A DNA stretch of 28,926 nt from positions 1-28,926 of the forward strand of contig NW_021833153.1 in NCBI RefSeq assembly GCF_006345805.1. The letters run 5' to 3'. The position numbers and the translations under genes were made by a program. The stretch comes from Octopus sinensis (Eukaryota). The notes under the pieces are model-generated. The model did not search any database. It was given only the letters and a program-made list of their open reading frames with translations, and was not told the DNA's origin. Below are positions 1-11,844 of the stretch, in pieces. Positions within the stretch are counted from its first letter, which is position 1; each line of letters begins with the position of its first letter.

Positions 1-257
1 TAACGCTGAAGTTTGGAACATGACTGCAGAATTTTCCATACGAATATGATAGTATAATTCTCTCTTTGGAGTTCAAGAGAGTAGAGACGCAGAGCTTTCA
101 GACGTCCCCAGAAATTAAGGCTTTCAACCGAAGTTATTTTACTGGTGAAAGTTCTTTGAAACCCTTCAATTTCTAATGTGAAACCGGATGAGTTGGGAGA
201 CCAAAGCTATGAACAGTAATACGATGTAATGTAGTATAATATAATATAACATATATA

Positions 258-413
258 GACGTGGCTGTGTGGTAAGAAGCTTGCTTACCAGCCACATGGT
301 TCTGGGTTCAGTCCCACTGTGTGGCACCTTGAGCAAGTGTGTTCTACAATAGCTTCGGGCCGACCAAAGCCTTGTGAGTGGATATGGTAGACGGAAACTG
401 AAAGAAGCCCGTC

Positions 414-453
<40 letters not shown>

Positions 454-812
454 TAGCAGTATCGCCCGGCGTTGCTCGGGTTTGTAAGGGAAATAACTAT
501 AAAGCATTTTTAGAGAGTTATAGCCAAAAAATGAAAAAAAATGATAGTAAATTTTTTTTAGTTAAAAAGGTCGAGTTGCGTCCCCTAGACAGTCTGTGGT
601 TTGCGTTTCTGATTCTCGACCCCATGTCGAATTTATCGATTTTTTTCAGAACTGGGGGAACTTTTCAAAATTTTCGCTGCGTTGTTGAATTATGACATTG
701 GGCTATGTGTGTGTCAAGTTTCATCAGAATCGGTTGAAAGCCGTGGTCAGGGTGAGGGTACAAGCAAACAGACACACAGAAATACGCACAGACAAACTTC
801 CGTTTATATAAG

Positions 813-865
<53 letters not shown>

Positions 866-1068
866 CTTGTGTGTCTGTGTTTATCCCCCCCACCATCGCT
901 TGAAAACTGATGTTGGTCTGTTTACGTCCCCGTAATCTAGCGGTTCGGCAAAAGAGAACGACAGAATAAGTACTAGGCTTACAAAGAATAAATTCTGGGG
1001 TCTATTTGTTTGACTGAAGGCGGTGCTCCAGCATGGCTGCAGTCAAATAACTGAAACAAATAAAAGAA
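258..1068 (+). mobile_element. tRNA-derived SINE family A, near full length, interrupted by a Helitron in its internal (TA)n
   Basis: Head GTGGCTGTGTGGTAAG...GGGTTCAGTCCC (A/B-box-like), body to GAAGCCCGTCG, internal (TA)n(TG)n, tail GGCGGTGCTCCAGCATGGCTGCAGTCAAATAACTGAAAC; homologous to copies at 3333-3772, 13600-14060 and 22601-23015. Confidence 0.9.
453..813 (-). mobile_element. Non-autonomous Helitron (HINE), 361 bp
   Basis: On minus strand begins TCTTATATAAAC, ends with hairpin CCCGAGCAACGCCGGG + 8 nt + CTAG; inserted between A and T with no TSD. Confidence 0.88.
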
Positions 1069-1140
1069 TATATATATATTTGTGTGGTAGATATGCAAAC
1101 ACACCATAGTTAATTTCACAGCATATTGATAAAAACGAGC

Positions 1141-1185
1141 GGTCTTGATCGGTTTCGGCCTAGCTGGGGTCTCGTCAGATATGTC
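1141..1185 (-). ncRNA. Degenerate Penelope-type minimal hammerhead motif
   Basis: Minus strand CTGACGA-GACCCCAGCTAGGCC-GAAACCGATC; core boxes present but stems I-III imperfect. Confidence 0.3.
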
Positions 1186-1221
1186 TACATTTCTTCTTAA
1201 CCAATCCCAGAAAAACAAACC

Positions 1222-1475
1222 AATTGTTCGGAAACAATTATTCGAAAAACATACAAATAAAATATAAAAATTAGTATAATTAACATTTTGTATAATTGTC
1301 CTTTTGAATAATTTTCATTCATTCAATAAATGAATGAATGAAAGTAATTCAAAAGGACAATTATGCAAAATGTCAATTAGTCTAAATTTTTTTGTTTTAT
1401 TTTAAACAAAAGTAATAAAATCAAAAATCAAATACACAAAGGATATTTATTTCGAATAACTGTTTTGGAACAATT
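1222..1475. mobile_element. Foldback / MITE-like palindromic element
   Basis: Arm 1222-1325 is the reverse complement of 1331-1475 (e.g. ACATTTTGTATAATTGTCCTTTTGAAT vs ATTCAAAAGGACAATTATGCAAAATGT; ends AATTGTTCGGAAACAATTATTCGAAA vs TTTCGAATAACTGTTTTGGAACAATT), ~5-nt loop, ~40-bp extra in right arm. Confidence 0.75.
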
Positions 1476-1487
1476 TTCATGATACGG

Positions 1488-2160
1488 TATATACATACAT
1501 ACATACATACATACATACATACCTACATACATACATACATATACATACATACATACATACATACATACATGCATCATACATACATACATACATCCTACAT
1601 ACATGCATACAACATACATACATACATACATACCATACATACATAATACATACAACATACCTACATACATACCTACATACATACACATACATACACATAA
1701 TACAACCATACATACATACATACATACATACATACATACATTGCATGCATAATACATTAAACATACATACATGCATGCATGCACACATAACTTAACATAC
1801 ATACATACATACATACATACATGCATACATAATACATACATACATACATACATACATGCATGCACTGCATACATACATACATAAATGCATGCATACATAC
1901 ATACATACCATACATACATGCATGCATACATACATGCATGCATGCATACATACATACATACATGCATGCATGCATACATACATACATACCTACAGACAGA
2001 CAGACAGACATACAGACATATATACATACATGCATACATACATGCATGCATGCATGCATACATACATACATACATACATACATACATACATACATACATA
2101 CATACATGTATACATACATACATATATATATATAAATACGGACACACATACATACACACG
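1488..2160. repeat. Compound (TACA)n/(TGCA)n/(GACA)n microsatellite
   Basis: Directly visible. Confidence 0.97.
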
Positions 2161-2407
2161 GACATGTATCAGAAAGATAGAGAGAAGCGCAATGTTAACG
2201 GTACCCTATCAATTTTCATAACAACCCCCAGCAACAGCCCTTCCCATAGATCCTCTTGTCTACCTTAAGCCCCTTCATACTCAGACAACTCCACCCACGC
2301 CGGTCTATACCGCCCCACCAACACAATACCCAAGTCTAAACGTGAGCCTCACTCAACTAATGTTATCTTTGCCAGCCACTTCTCGCTCCTCCATCAGTAT
2401 ATATATG

Positions 2408-2442
2408 ATTGTATGTGTATGTGTGTGTGTGTGTGTATGTGT

Positions 2443-2496
<54 letters not shown>

Positions 2497-2728
2497 GGTG
2501 CACGGATATCTTAAAGAACACAAGAGAAACGGTAACGCTGGAGTAACAGGGTGAAGCCTCAATCTGGAATTTATGAATAAACTCTGCGACTTGTATTGGA
2601 TAATTCTTTTGTTTGTATATCCCAATGCGCGCGCACACGTAAATACTTACACACACACGCACACATGTGTGTGTGTGTGTGTTTGAGTGTGTGTTTGTGT
2701 GTATGTATTGATAGTCAGACAGACAGAC

Positions 2729-2803
<75 letters not shown>
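2408..2803. repeat. (TG)n tracts (2408-2494, ~2650-2705) and (GATA)n tract (~2715-2803)
   Basis: Directly visible. Confidence 0.95.
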
Positions 2804-3332
2804 TTATTTTGACATGTAAGGGCTGATAATTACTTCGAACTTTTTCACTGTGAACCGTTTTTGCTGTAAAAGTTTAAATGTATATCAAACTAAAAGCATG
2901 GAGTATTCAGTTTAATTTTAAATTGCTTTTCTATATAACTTGATATAAAAACCAACGTTAATGTAGTTCTCTGTTTACGTATGTATATATACATATACAT
3001 ACATAAATAAATATATATATGTGTGTGGTGTGTGTATGTATATTCATATGTGTGAACATGTGTGTGCGTGCGTGTGTGATTGTGTTAACAATGGTCAGGT
3101 CCACGAACAATCTCAATTGCAGGACAATAACGAACACCAAGAAATTGCACTTTTGCCATATCGACGGCAAAAGCCTAAAAGGGGATGTAATTTGTTATTC
3201 GGCGTCTCCGTAGTGAACTACATCGGAACGGAAGTCTAAAGTTGTGAGACTTTTCGTCCTAATTACCTCAAAAAAAAAAAACATCCTACAGCTCCAGGTT
3301 CCGAAGATCGTTCTAGAAATAATTATATTAAT

Positions 3333-3772
3333 CTCTCTACTCTCTTTCTCTTTTACTCTTTTACTTGTTTCAGTCATTTGACTGTGGCCATGCTGGAGCA
3401 CCGCCTTTAGTCGAGCAGATCGACCCCAGGACTTATTCTTTGTAAGTTTAGTACTTATTCTATCATTCTCTTTTGCCGAACCGCTAAGTACGGGGACGTA
3501 AACACACCAGCATCGGCTGTCATGCGATATTGGGGGGACAAACACAGACACACAAACATATACACACGCATACATACATACATATTATATATATATATAT
3601 ATATATATACGACGGGCTTCTTTCAGTTTCCGTCTACCAAATCCACTCACAAGGCATTGGTCGGCCCGAGGCTATAGTAGAAGACACTTGCCCAAGGTGC
3701 CACGTAGTGGGACTGAACCCGGAACCATGTGGTTGGTAAGCAAGCTACTTACCACACAGCCACTCCTGCGCC
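3333..3772 (-). mobile_element. SINE family A, full length
   Basis: Reverse complement reads GGCGCAGGAGTGGCTGTGTGGTAAGTAGC... through internal (TA)/(TG) to tail CAGTCAAATGACTGAAACAAGTAAAAGAGTAAAAGAG. Confidence 0.93.
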
Positions 3773-4944
3773 TATGTTAGAGATATATTGAGAAATGTTC
3801 CAGTAAGAATATTTAAGGAATTTATTGTGAATTTTAGCATTAATTCCAATCTGGCAACAACTAAGTGTTAGACTTCGCAATAGATTTGGTCAAACGCTAA
3901 AGCTCAATGCTATAGAAAACCAAACAAGGAAATTTTGTACGCAAATAATAACTCAAAACCTTAAACTTAAACACGAACCATTGAGGATCTCCCAGTTGGT
4001 CCTCTCCTTAATTCAACGACACGTCAGCACGTAGCTGATAGTCAAGAGACTCTTTCGTTATTTAAACACACCGTAGCAAAACGAAGAAGAGAAAATAATA
4101 AAATCTTATCCCCGTTTCAACTGAAATTCAATCGCCAACACAGTCAGGATGCTCTTGTCCCCATTAATATTGCGTTTTTCAGGAACTTAACAATATCGAT
4201 AACTTGGAAATAAATTCCTTTAATCTTGACAGCATAAGTTCGCCATATCTCTTACTACAGTCTAATACATTGCCCACCCCAACATAACATCCACTTTGTA
4301 ACTTCAGGGACTCCTGAAACTACCCACTTCAGGGATCATGCCTCTCTAAGTTGATGAATATTGAGCACGCAAAAATTATACGCATTTCACCTTTAATAAA
4401 TTTAATGTGATCAACCAACAGATACATTCAGTTCGATGGGCGAGCAGAACTTCAGCTCTCTATCAAAATTCGTTTCGAACTTAAAAGGAAGCGGAATCGA
4501 ATTTGTCCTCAAAATCTGGAACAGCGTAAACAAAGCTGTCCCCTATAGAGGAACATGTTAGATTATGTTTAACAAAGAAGTTATGTTATTCTGAAACAAT
4601 AAACGAGGTCGCAAAGTAAAAGAACAGAGATATTGTCTCCTTGTCGGTACTAACCACAATTTCTTTGTGATAACTTCGTTTACAAAAAGAAAAAAAAAAA
4701 GAAAATTGCAGGATTTTGAAAACTTGTAGAATCTCCGAAATGCTCAAAATTTCGTATCTTAAGTGATGCTCAGTTGCTTTCGCTAACAACCGTAGGTCAA
4801 GGAGCTATGTAAGCTTTTCCCTATGTAGCTGCCGAATTAGTGACAAGTACTAATAGCATTCACTAGGGAGCAGTGCAAACTTCCATCTGACCAAGGACAA
4901 GACATTCAGCTGATCTTTTGCCAAGATTGACCATTAATATTTAT

Positions 4945-5141
4945 ATTCTTTTCTACTCTAGGCACAAGGCCCGAAATTTTGAGATCGATTCCAGTACGCA
5001 ACTAGTGCTTAATTTATCGATCCTGAAAGAATGAAAGGCAAAGTCGATCTCGGCGGAATTTGAACTCAGAACGTAAAGACAAACGAAATATCGCTAAGCA
5101 TTTCGCCCGACGTGCTAACGATTCTGCCAGTTCCCACCGCC
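4945..5141 (-). mobile_element. tRNA-derived SINE family B (central GACTTTGCCTTTCAT..GATCGATAAATTAAG core, Meta-domain-like), internally deleted
   Basis: RC: GGCGGTGGGAACTGGCAGAATCGTTAGCACG...GAGTTCAAATTCCGCCGAG...tail GGGCCTTGTGCCTAGAGTAGAAAAGAAT; domain name is from recalled similarity only. Confidence 0.88.
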
Positions 5142-5269
5142 TTCCATTGATATTGCTTGAATGATGGCGTATCTCTGTATGAGAACGAGGAATACGATTA
5201 AGTTAGTACTGAACAGATTCTTTCTTTGAGTTACTATTATAAATTTTGATGCTCTTGTTAAAGCTGTTG

Positions 5270-5845
5270 CTGATGTTGTTTTTGTTTTTGTTGTTGTTGT
5301 TAAGCAACAAGACTGGTAAGGGTGATCAGGTGATGGTCTAGGGCTTAGAGGCGGGAGACCCCAGACCTTGGAAAAAAAAAACTTTGGTCGTCTTGTTGTA
5401 GTCGAGGGCTTTTCGTTGACTCCCGACACCACTGGGAGGAGACCCTCGAAGTCGTTGGAAATGGAGATCTCCAGGTCCAAATCCTTGAACGGCTGCTGCT
5501 GCTGCTGTTGTTGTTATCGCTGTTCCTGTTACTAATACGGCCGCTGGTGTCGCTGTGGTTGCTTTTGCTGTTGCACAGACTGTTTTCAATTGTCGTTGCT
5601 ATTTTTGCAGAGGTTGTTGTTGCTGTTGTTGTTTCTAAAATTGTTGCTGTTATTCTTGTCTGTGATGCTATTCTCGAACTGGCGGCCATTGCTGCGAATG
5701 CTGTGGTGATCGTCAACCCTGTTGCTATTGTCGTTGCTTAATTTGCAACAACTCTTACCGATGTTGTTACTGTCACTGTCTTTGTTTCCGTTCATTCCGC
5801 TGTTGTTGTTGTTGTTATTGTTGCAGTAGTGGTTATTGCTGTAAC
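5270..5845 (-). other. CAN/AAC-triplet low-complexity segment, possible exon or exon remnant
   Basis: Acceptor-like TTTGGTTGTTACAG at 5839-5852 then open Asn-rich frame to TGA at 5586; no recognisable domain. Confidence 0.2.
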
Positions 5846-6029
5846 AACCAAAGTTGTATTTAATCCCGTATTACACCAAAAGGGTTGGTGTTTAGATGCG
5901 GGTGGTTATATACCCACAGAGACCGTCCAAACACCAAACCACATCACTCGCATCTCTTTATACTCAAAGTCCACCCGGCATTTTTTCATTCAAGAGTCAA
6001 TCAAACGAACGTTTGTCGTTATTTAACCC

Positions 6030-6775
6030 TCGGTCATTCCTCATCCAGTAGGGGTATATGATCGAAGACCTTCTAACCATGACCATCTCATCATTTATTT
6101 AGATGTAGTATATCTAGGATTTATTATCTTATGTCATCCTCCTCGTTCTTGTGGTTTAGCCCCAGGTAGTACCGACTCAGTAGATTTATGATCAAAGGTG
6201 TTCCAGCAATGACCATCCTATCATTCTTTCATAGATGGGACTACATTATCTAATATGTCCCTCCTTACTGTTGTTTAGCCACAGGTTAGTCCTGATCCAG
6301 TTGACCCATGAATGAAGGCGCTTCGATCGTGATCATCCTCTCAATTATTTAGACACAGTCTATCTAGGACTACCTCATCTAATGTCTCCCTCCTTGCCCT
6401 TATTATTTAGTCCCAGCTCAGGGGATCTTTAACCAAAGGCGTTCCAGCAACGACCATCCTGTCATTCATGCAGGAATAGTGTACCTAGGACTACGTTATT
6501 CAATGTGACCTTCCTGTTGTCGTTTAGTCTTAAATCAGTTTTAATCCAGCAAACTTTTGAACACAAGCGTTCCCATTTATGGCCATCCTCACTTTCATAC
6601 AGGCCTAATGTATCTAGGACTACATTATCAAATGTGTCCGATTTGCTGCCGTGCAATTTAGCCTCAGTTCTGTCCTGACTGATCACACTTGTGTTCAAAG
6701 TTGTGCCGGCCATGACCATCCTGTCATTTTTTCATAGTCAATCTAGGACAACATAATTTAATGTGTCCTTCAATT
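6030..6775. repeat. Degenerate tandem array, 6 units of ~120-133 bp
   Basis: GACCATCC-like anchors at 6081, 6211, 6331, 6452, 6581, 6714, each followed ~30 nt later by TATCTAGGACTAC-like motif (partly deleted in unit 2). Confidence 0.85.
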
Positions 6776-6879
6776 TTAAAGACATTACCATATGATTTGA
6801 ATAAGATTTGGCTGCCATTTTTTACATGTTCAATGACCACATGGAAACCCAACGCCATTTTGAGGTAAAAAGGTTTTGA

Positions 6880-7266
6880 GTAAGGGCGGTGGGAGCGGTG
6901 GTGTTGTGGCAGGGTAGGGGCTGTCGTTGTAGTGTTGGTGTCGGGGCGTTGGGATGGGTGGTGTTGGGGATGTGAAAGGGTGTTGTTATTGTTGTGGTAG
7001 TGGTTCTGGGGAGGGTTTGGAGGTGTTGGGTGTGTGTGTGTGTGGGGGGGGTGAGATGGTGGTTTTGCGGTGGATGCGGTGTTATTGTTGTTGTGGTAGT
7101 TGTGGTGGCTGTCGATGATGGAGTAGTAGATATTTGTGAAACGTTGGCTGCTTGCCAGATGCAGTAGTGGAATACCTGGCTATCAGTTTCAAATCATAGT
7201 GAGGGCGGTGTGAACAAGATCGCTTTCTGTGTAGAGTGTCTCTGACTAACAGCATGGAAAATATAA

Positions 7267-7328
<62 letters not shown>

Positions 7329-7850
7329 ACACACACGCACACACACGCACACACACACACACGCACACACCACACACACAACACACACATATATATATAT
7401 ATACATATACATACATAATACAGATGTAATTATAAACATACAGCTATTTGTGTACCATACCTATATATATATATATATATCCATATATAAATTTTCGTGT
7501 GTGTGTGTGTGTGAGGCAAGTGTGCGTATTCCTGATAACCTGCCGTCTGCATTTTCTCAATTGCAGTATTTCCTGGAGTTTCGCTACAGTCTAAAGTTGC
7601 ATGTCTATAAAGACTTCCTGCAACAGTTATCTACATTCTCCTCACCAAGCCTTGCAATGATTCTGCATCCCAAGGGGTACCCCACATCACCCTAACACAT
7701 GCATCCACGCCTGTGCACAGACGCAGATAATCATATACGCAAGGGCACACACACACTTATCTCTGATATGTAAACATATATATATATTTCCGCCAGGCGT
7801 TTGCTCACTCACACACACACACATAAACACACACACACACACACACACAC

Positions 7851-7905
<55 letters not shown>
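6880..7905. repeat. GT-rich low complexity (6880-7125) and (CA)n/(TA)n microsatellites (7270-7425, 7810-7905)
   Basis: Directly visible. Confidence 0.9.
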
Positions 7906-7907
<2 letters not shown>

Positions 7908-7981
7908 CTTGGTGGTGTGAATTACAATTAATTAAAGAGAAGAGAGCACTCAACACACATATTGACAGAGTGAAATAATAG

Positions 7982-8170
7982 TCTTTTCTACTCTGGGCAC
8001 AAAGGCCGAAATGTTTGTGGAGGCGGAACCATTTGATTATATCAACCCCAGTACGCAACTGGTACTTAATTTATGGATCCCGAAAGGCAAATTCGACCTC
8101 GGCAGAATTTGAACTCGAAATGTAAAGACATGAAATATCGCTAAGCATTTCTCGCGGCGTGCGAACGTTT
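7982..8170 (-). mobile_element. SINE family B monomer
   Basis: Homologous to 4945-5141 and 27774-27989. Confidence 0.85.
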
Positions 8171-8184
8171 CTTATTTTTACTTT

Positions 8185-8445
8185 AGGCCCGAAATTTTGG
8201 GGGAGGCAGGGTCCAGTCGATTAGATCAGTCCCAGTACGCAACTGGTACTTAATTTATCGATCCCGAAAGGCAAAGTCGACCTCGACGGAATTTGAACTC
8301 AGAACGTAGCGGCAGACGAAATACCTATTTCTTTACTGCCCACAAAGGGCTACACACAGAGGGGACAAACAAGGACAGACAATCGGATTAAGTCGATTAC
8401 ATCGACCCCATTGTGTAACTGCTACTTATTTAATCGATCCCGATA
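8185..8445 (-). mobile_element. SINE family B, dimeric form, 5'-truncated
   Basis: RC shows left-arm 3' part (..GTCCCCTCTGTGTGTAGCCC..) joined at AAAGAAATAGGTATTTCG to a second core and tail. Confidence 0.8.
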
Positions 8446-8475
8446 CTGGTCAACTACTACACTATAGCACCCTGC

Positions 8476-8690
<215 letters not shown>

Positions 8691-9153
8691 AAACAATAAA
8701 GTTTGCTTATTGATCGACATGAGCATCCCCTGTGATCATAATATCTCAGCGAAAGAGTTTGACAAGCTCAGAAAATATAAAGACCTACTCATTGAAATTG
8801 AGAAAATGTGGCATCTCAAGGCGGTTACAATACCAGTGATCGTAGGAGCACTAGGAATGATCAAGAAGGGAACCGAAAATTATATGAGAATGATCCCTGG
8901 CTTACCATCCCTGCAGAAGTGCAAAAGATTGTCTTAACTGGTACATCACACGTATTGAGAAGAGCATTGTCGATGTGAGAACTGTTGCTGCTCATGTATT
9001 TTAATTTAACTAAAAAAAAAAAAAAAAAAAAATGAACGAACTACTGAGTTTGGTTTAATGGCCTACCAATATACACTATGAGTTTCTTTGCCCTAGGAGT
9101 CGGGAAGACACTCGGCAAGAAATGGAAGAAAATTTGAAAGAAGAAAAAAAAAA

Positions 9154-9154
<1 letters not shown>
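8691..9154 (+). mobile_element. R4/Dong-like non-LTR retrotransposon, 5'-truncated copy 1 (C-terminus of RLE domain + 3' UTR)
   Basis: Encodes NNKVCLLIDMSIPCDHNISAKEFDKLRKYKDLLIEIEKMWHLKAVTIPVIVGALGMIKKG..., then after a frameshift VQKIVLTGTSHVLRRALSM*; typical C-terminus of RLE-clade LINEs; near identical to 9772-10227. Confidence 0.85.
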
Positions 9155-9196
<42 letters not shown>

Positions 9197-9215
9197 TAAA
9201 AATAATAATAATAAT
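9155..9215. repeat. (TAA)n spacer between LINE copies
   Basis: Directly visible. Confidence 0.97.
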
Positions 9216-10227
9216 GATGAGGGAAGTACGGCAACTATTGTTGCAAAGAAGGTGAAAATAATGGCAACGAAAAAAGTGCACGAGCTGATAGGTGGGAGGA
9301 GAAACCTCTGCACGGCAAATATGTGGCCCGCAGCAAACAAGCTGATGTTCACCAGAAGCAAACCCATCAGTGGCTACGGAGCTCAGGGCTAAAAACAGAG
9401 AGCGAAGGTTTTATCCTGGCTGCTCAAGATCAAAGCCTATTAACCCGGAACTACCAGGCCAATGTGATGAAAAATGGAGCAGACCCAAAATGCCGATTCT
9501 GCAACGACATGATTGAAACAGTGGACCACCTAATCTCTGGATGTAAAGTCTTAGCACCAGTGGAGTATAAATTAAGACATGACAGAGTTGGCAATATCGA
9601 CACTGGTTAATAAGTCGGCATTACAATATCAAAACTGCCGACAAGTGGTATAATCACCACCCTGAAGCTGTAACTGAAGGAGAAAAAATGCAACGATTGT
9701 GGGACTTTCCAGTACATACAGACCGAACCATCAAAGCCAATAAACCAGATATTGTTGTGAAAGACCAAAACAATAAAGTTTGCTTATTGATCGACATGAG
9801 CATCCCCTGTGATCATAATATCTCGGCGAAAGAGTTTTGACAAGCTCAGAAAAATAAAGACCTGCTCATTGAAATTTTAGAAAATGTGGCATCTCAAGGC
9901 GGTTACAATACCAGTGATCGTAGGAGCACTAGGAATGATCAAGAAGGGAACCGAAAATTATATGAAAATGACACCTGGCTTACCATCCCTGCAAGAAGTG
10001 CAAAAGATTGTCTTAACTGGTACATCACACGTGTTGAGAAGAGCATTGTCGGTGTGAGAACTATTACTACCCATGTATTTTAATTTAACTTAAGAAAAAA
10101 AAATGAACGAACTATTGAGTTTGGTTTAATGGCCTACCAATGTATACTATGAGTTTCTTTGCCCTAGGATTCGGGAAGACACTCGGCAAGAAATGGAAGC
10201 AAATTTGAAAGAAGAAGAAAAAAAAAA
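9216..10227 (+). mobile_element. R4/Dong-like non-LTR retrotransposon, 5'-truncated copy 2 (CCHC knuckle + PD-(D/E)xK-type RLE), frameshifted
   Basis: WEEKPLHGKY...FILAAQDQSLLTRNY...CRFCNDMIETVDHLISGC...RHDRVG, then WDFPVHTDRTIKANKPDIVVKDQNNKVCLLIDMSIP; several frameshifts. Confidence 0.9.
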
Positions 10228-10420
10228 TAATAATGATAATAATAATAATAATGATAATAATAATAATAATAATATAATGATGATGATGATAATAATAATA
10301 ACAACAATAATAACAATAATAATAATAATGATAATTATAACAACAACAACCAACAACAACAACAACAACAAAATAATAATATAATAATAATAATAATAAT
10401 AATTATATTTATTATTATTA
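10228..10420. repeat. (TAA)n/(CAA)n microsatellite, 3' flank of LINE cluster
   Basis: Directly visible. Confidence 0.96.
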
Positions 10421-10623
10421 TTTGAGGGGAATATTATTCGAACTTACAGGGAAAATTCAAATTAGAAATACCAAATATATACGTTTTTTATTATTTTCAT
10501 ATACTTAATCATCGGTATATTATTGTTATTTTTATTTTAATATTTCTATTATACGTAATTTTCTAGATGTGTGTAATTTTTTAATTGTTCATTTTGAATT
10601 GATAAAAGGTGGTTTTTTCTAAT

Positions 10624-10683
<60 letters not shown>

Positions 10684-10824
10684 TGTGGGTTTGGTTTGCA
10701 AGATTCTTTATGTGAGTCCGTGTGTTGAAAGTACATTAATATATATATATATATATAAGAATTTTTTGCGTTATAAGATAAAAAACCAAGGCTGTATAGA
10801 TATTAGAGCATTTATAGATAGAAG

Positions 10825-10876
10825 GCCTTACAGCTGTTTCTAGGATATTAATTAATAATATCCCTTCATCGGAGAC
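10825..10876 (-). ncRNA. Minimal type I hammerhead ribozyme motif (Penelope-type)
   Basis: Minus: GTCT-CCGATGA-A-GGGATATTATTAATTAATATCCT-A-GAAAC-AGCT-GTA|AGGC; stem I GTCT/AGGC, ~9-bp stem II, palindromic stem III ACAGCTGT, GUA cleavage triplet; U4 is C. Confidence 0.65.
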
Positions 10877-11107
10877 GGTGGTGTCAGAGGAAAAATTAAG
10901 TCATAATTTCGATATATATATGTATATATATGAATATATATGATGTAATATGACAGCGAACAGTATTCTATATTCCCAGCTATATGTCGAATATGGAACA
11001 CCCAACGATACAGCACAGCATAATACATACCACTATACACCGTATCCTATACTACACATCCCGACAACGAACACTACATAGTGTATACCAGCACTTTACC
11101 ATACTAC

Positions 11108-11127
11108 TAATACAACTACTACTACTA

Positions 11128-11195
<68 letters not shown>

Positions 11196-11370
11196 GTATA
11201 GAGAATCTCGGATCCATTTCAAACCGGACGTTTGTAGAATGTGTGGCTCGTTGCCAAGAGGAATGATTCACAAAAACTAAACGAGGTTAAAACACCGTCA
11301 CCGCAACCACCACCATCACCACCATCCTTATTATTACTACTATTACTACTACTGCTGGTGCTGCTGCTGT
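11108..11370. repeat. (TAC)n and mixed CAC/TAC/TGC triplet repeats
   Basis: Directly visible. Confidence 0.93.
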
Positions 11371-11453
11371 GTTGGCATGTAACCACTAGTTATATTTTTT
11401 ACTCATCTCCTCCGAAAAGACTTGGCGTTCCAGTAATTTGTAGGTGAAGTGTC

Positions 11454-11454
<1 letters not shown>

Positions 11455-11514
<60 letters not shown>

Positions 11515-11549
11515 GCATACACACACACAGACCCACACACACACCCACA

Positions 11550-11585
<36 letters not shown>

Positions 11586-11668
11586 TCTATCTATCTATAT
11601 ATATATGTGTGTATATATATATATATATAATATAATATATATATATATATATATATCATACATATATA

Positions 11669-11699
<31 letters not shown>

Positions 11700-11788
11700 G
11701 GCACACACACACCATATATATAGTATGTATGTATGTATCTATGTACTTCTATCTATCGATCTATCTATCTATCTATATATTGTGTGTG

Positions 11789-11844
<56 letters not shown>

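Noticed and set aside
1428-2268. Long ORFs such as MYVCMYV..., HTYIHT..., poly-I/poly-L/poly-Y/poly-H ORFs here and at 8457-8726, 11449-11886, 17182-19055, 20159-21597, 23469-24283
   Set aside because: Translations of microsatellites lacking stop codons; no domain signal
3075-3240. Short ORF and small hairpins (CTTTTGCC/GGCAAAAG at 3150-3173)
   Set aside because: An 8-bp stem alone is expected by chance; ORF starts in a microsatellite
6030-6775. CRISPR-like array or coding repeat (ORF 6462-6719)
   Set aside because: Eukaryotic context, whole units homologous with no unique spacers; other units contain stops
7530-7695. Exon-like open frame LQYFLEFRYSLK...
   Set aside because: Weak donor, no homology recognisable, length within chance expectation
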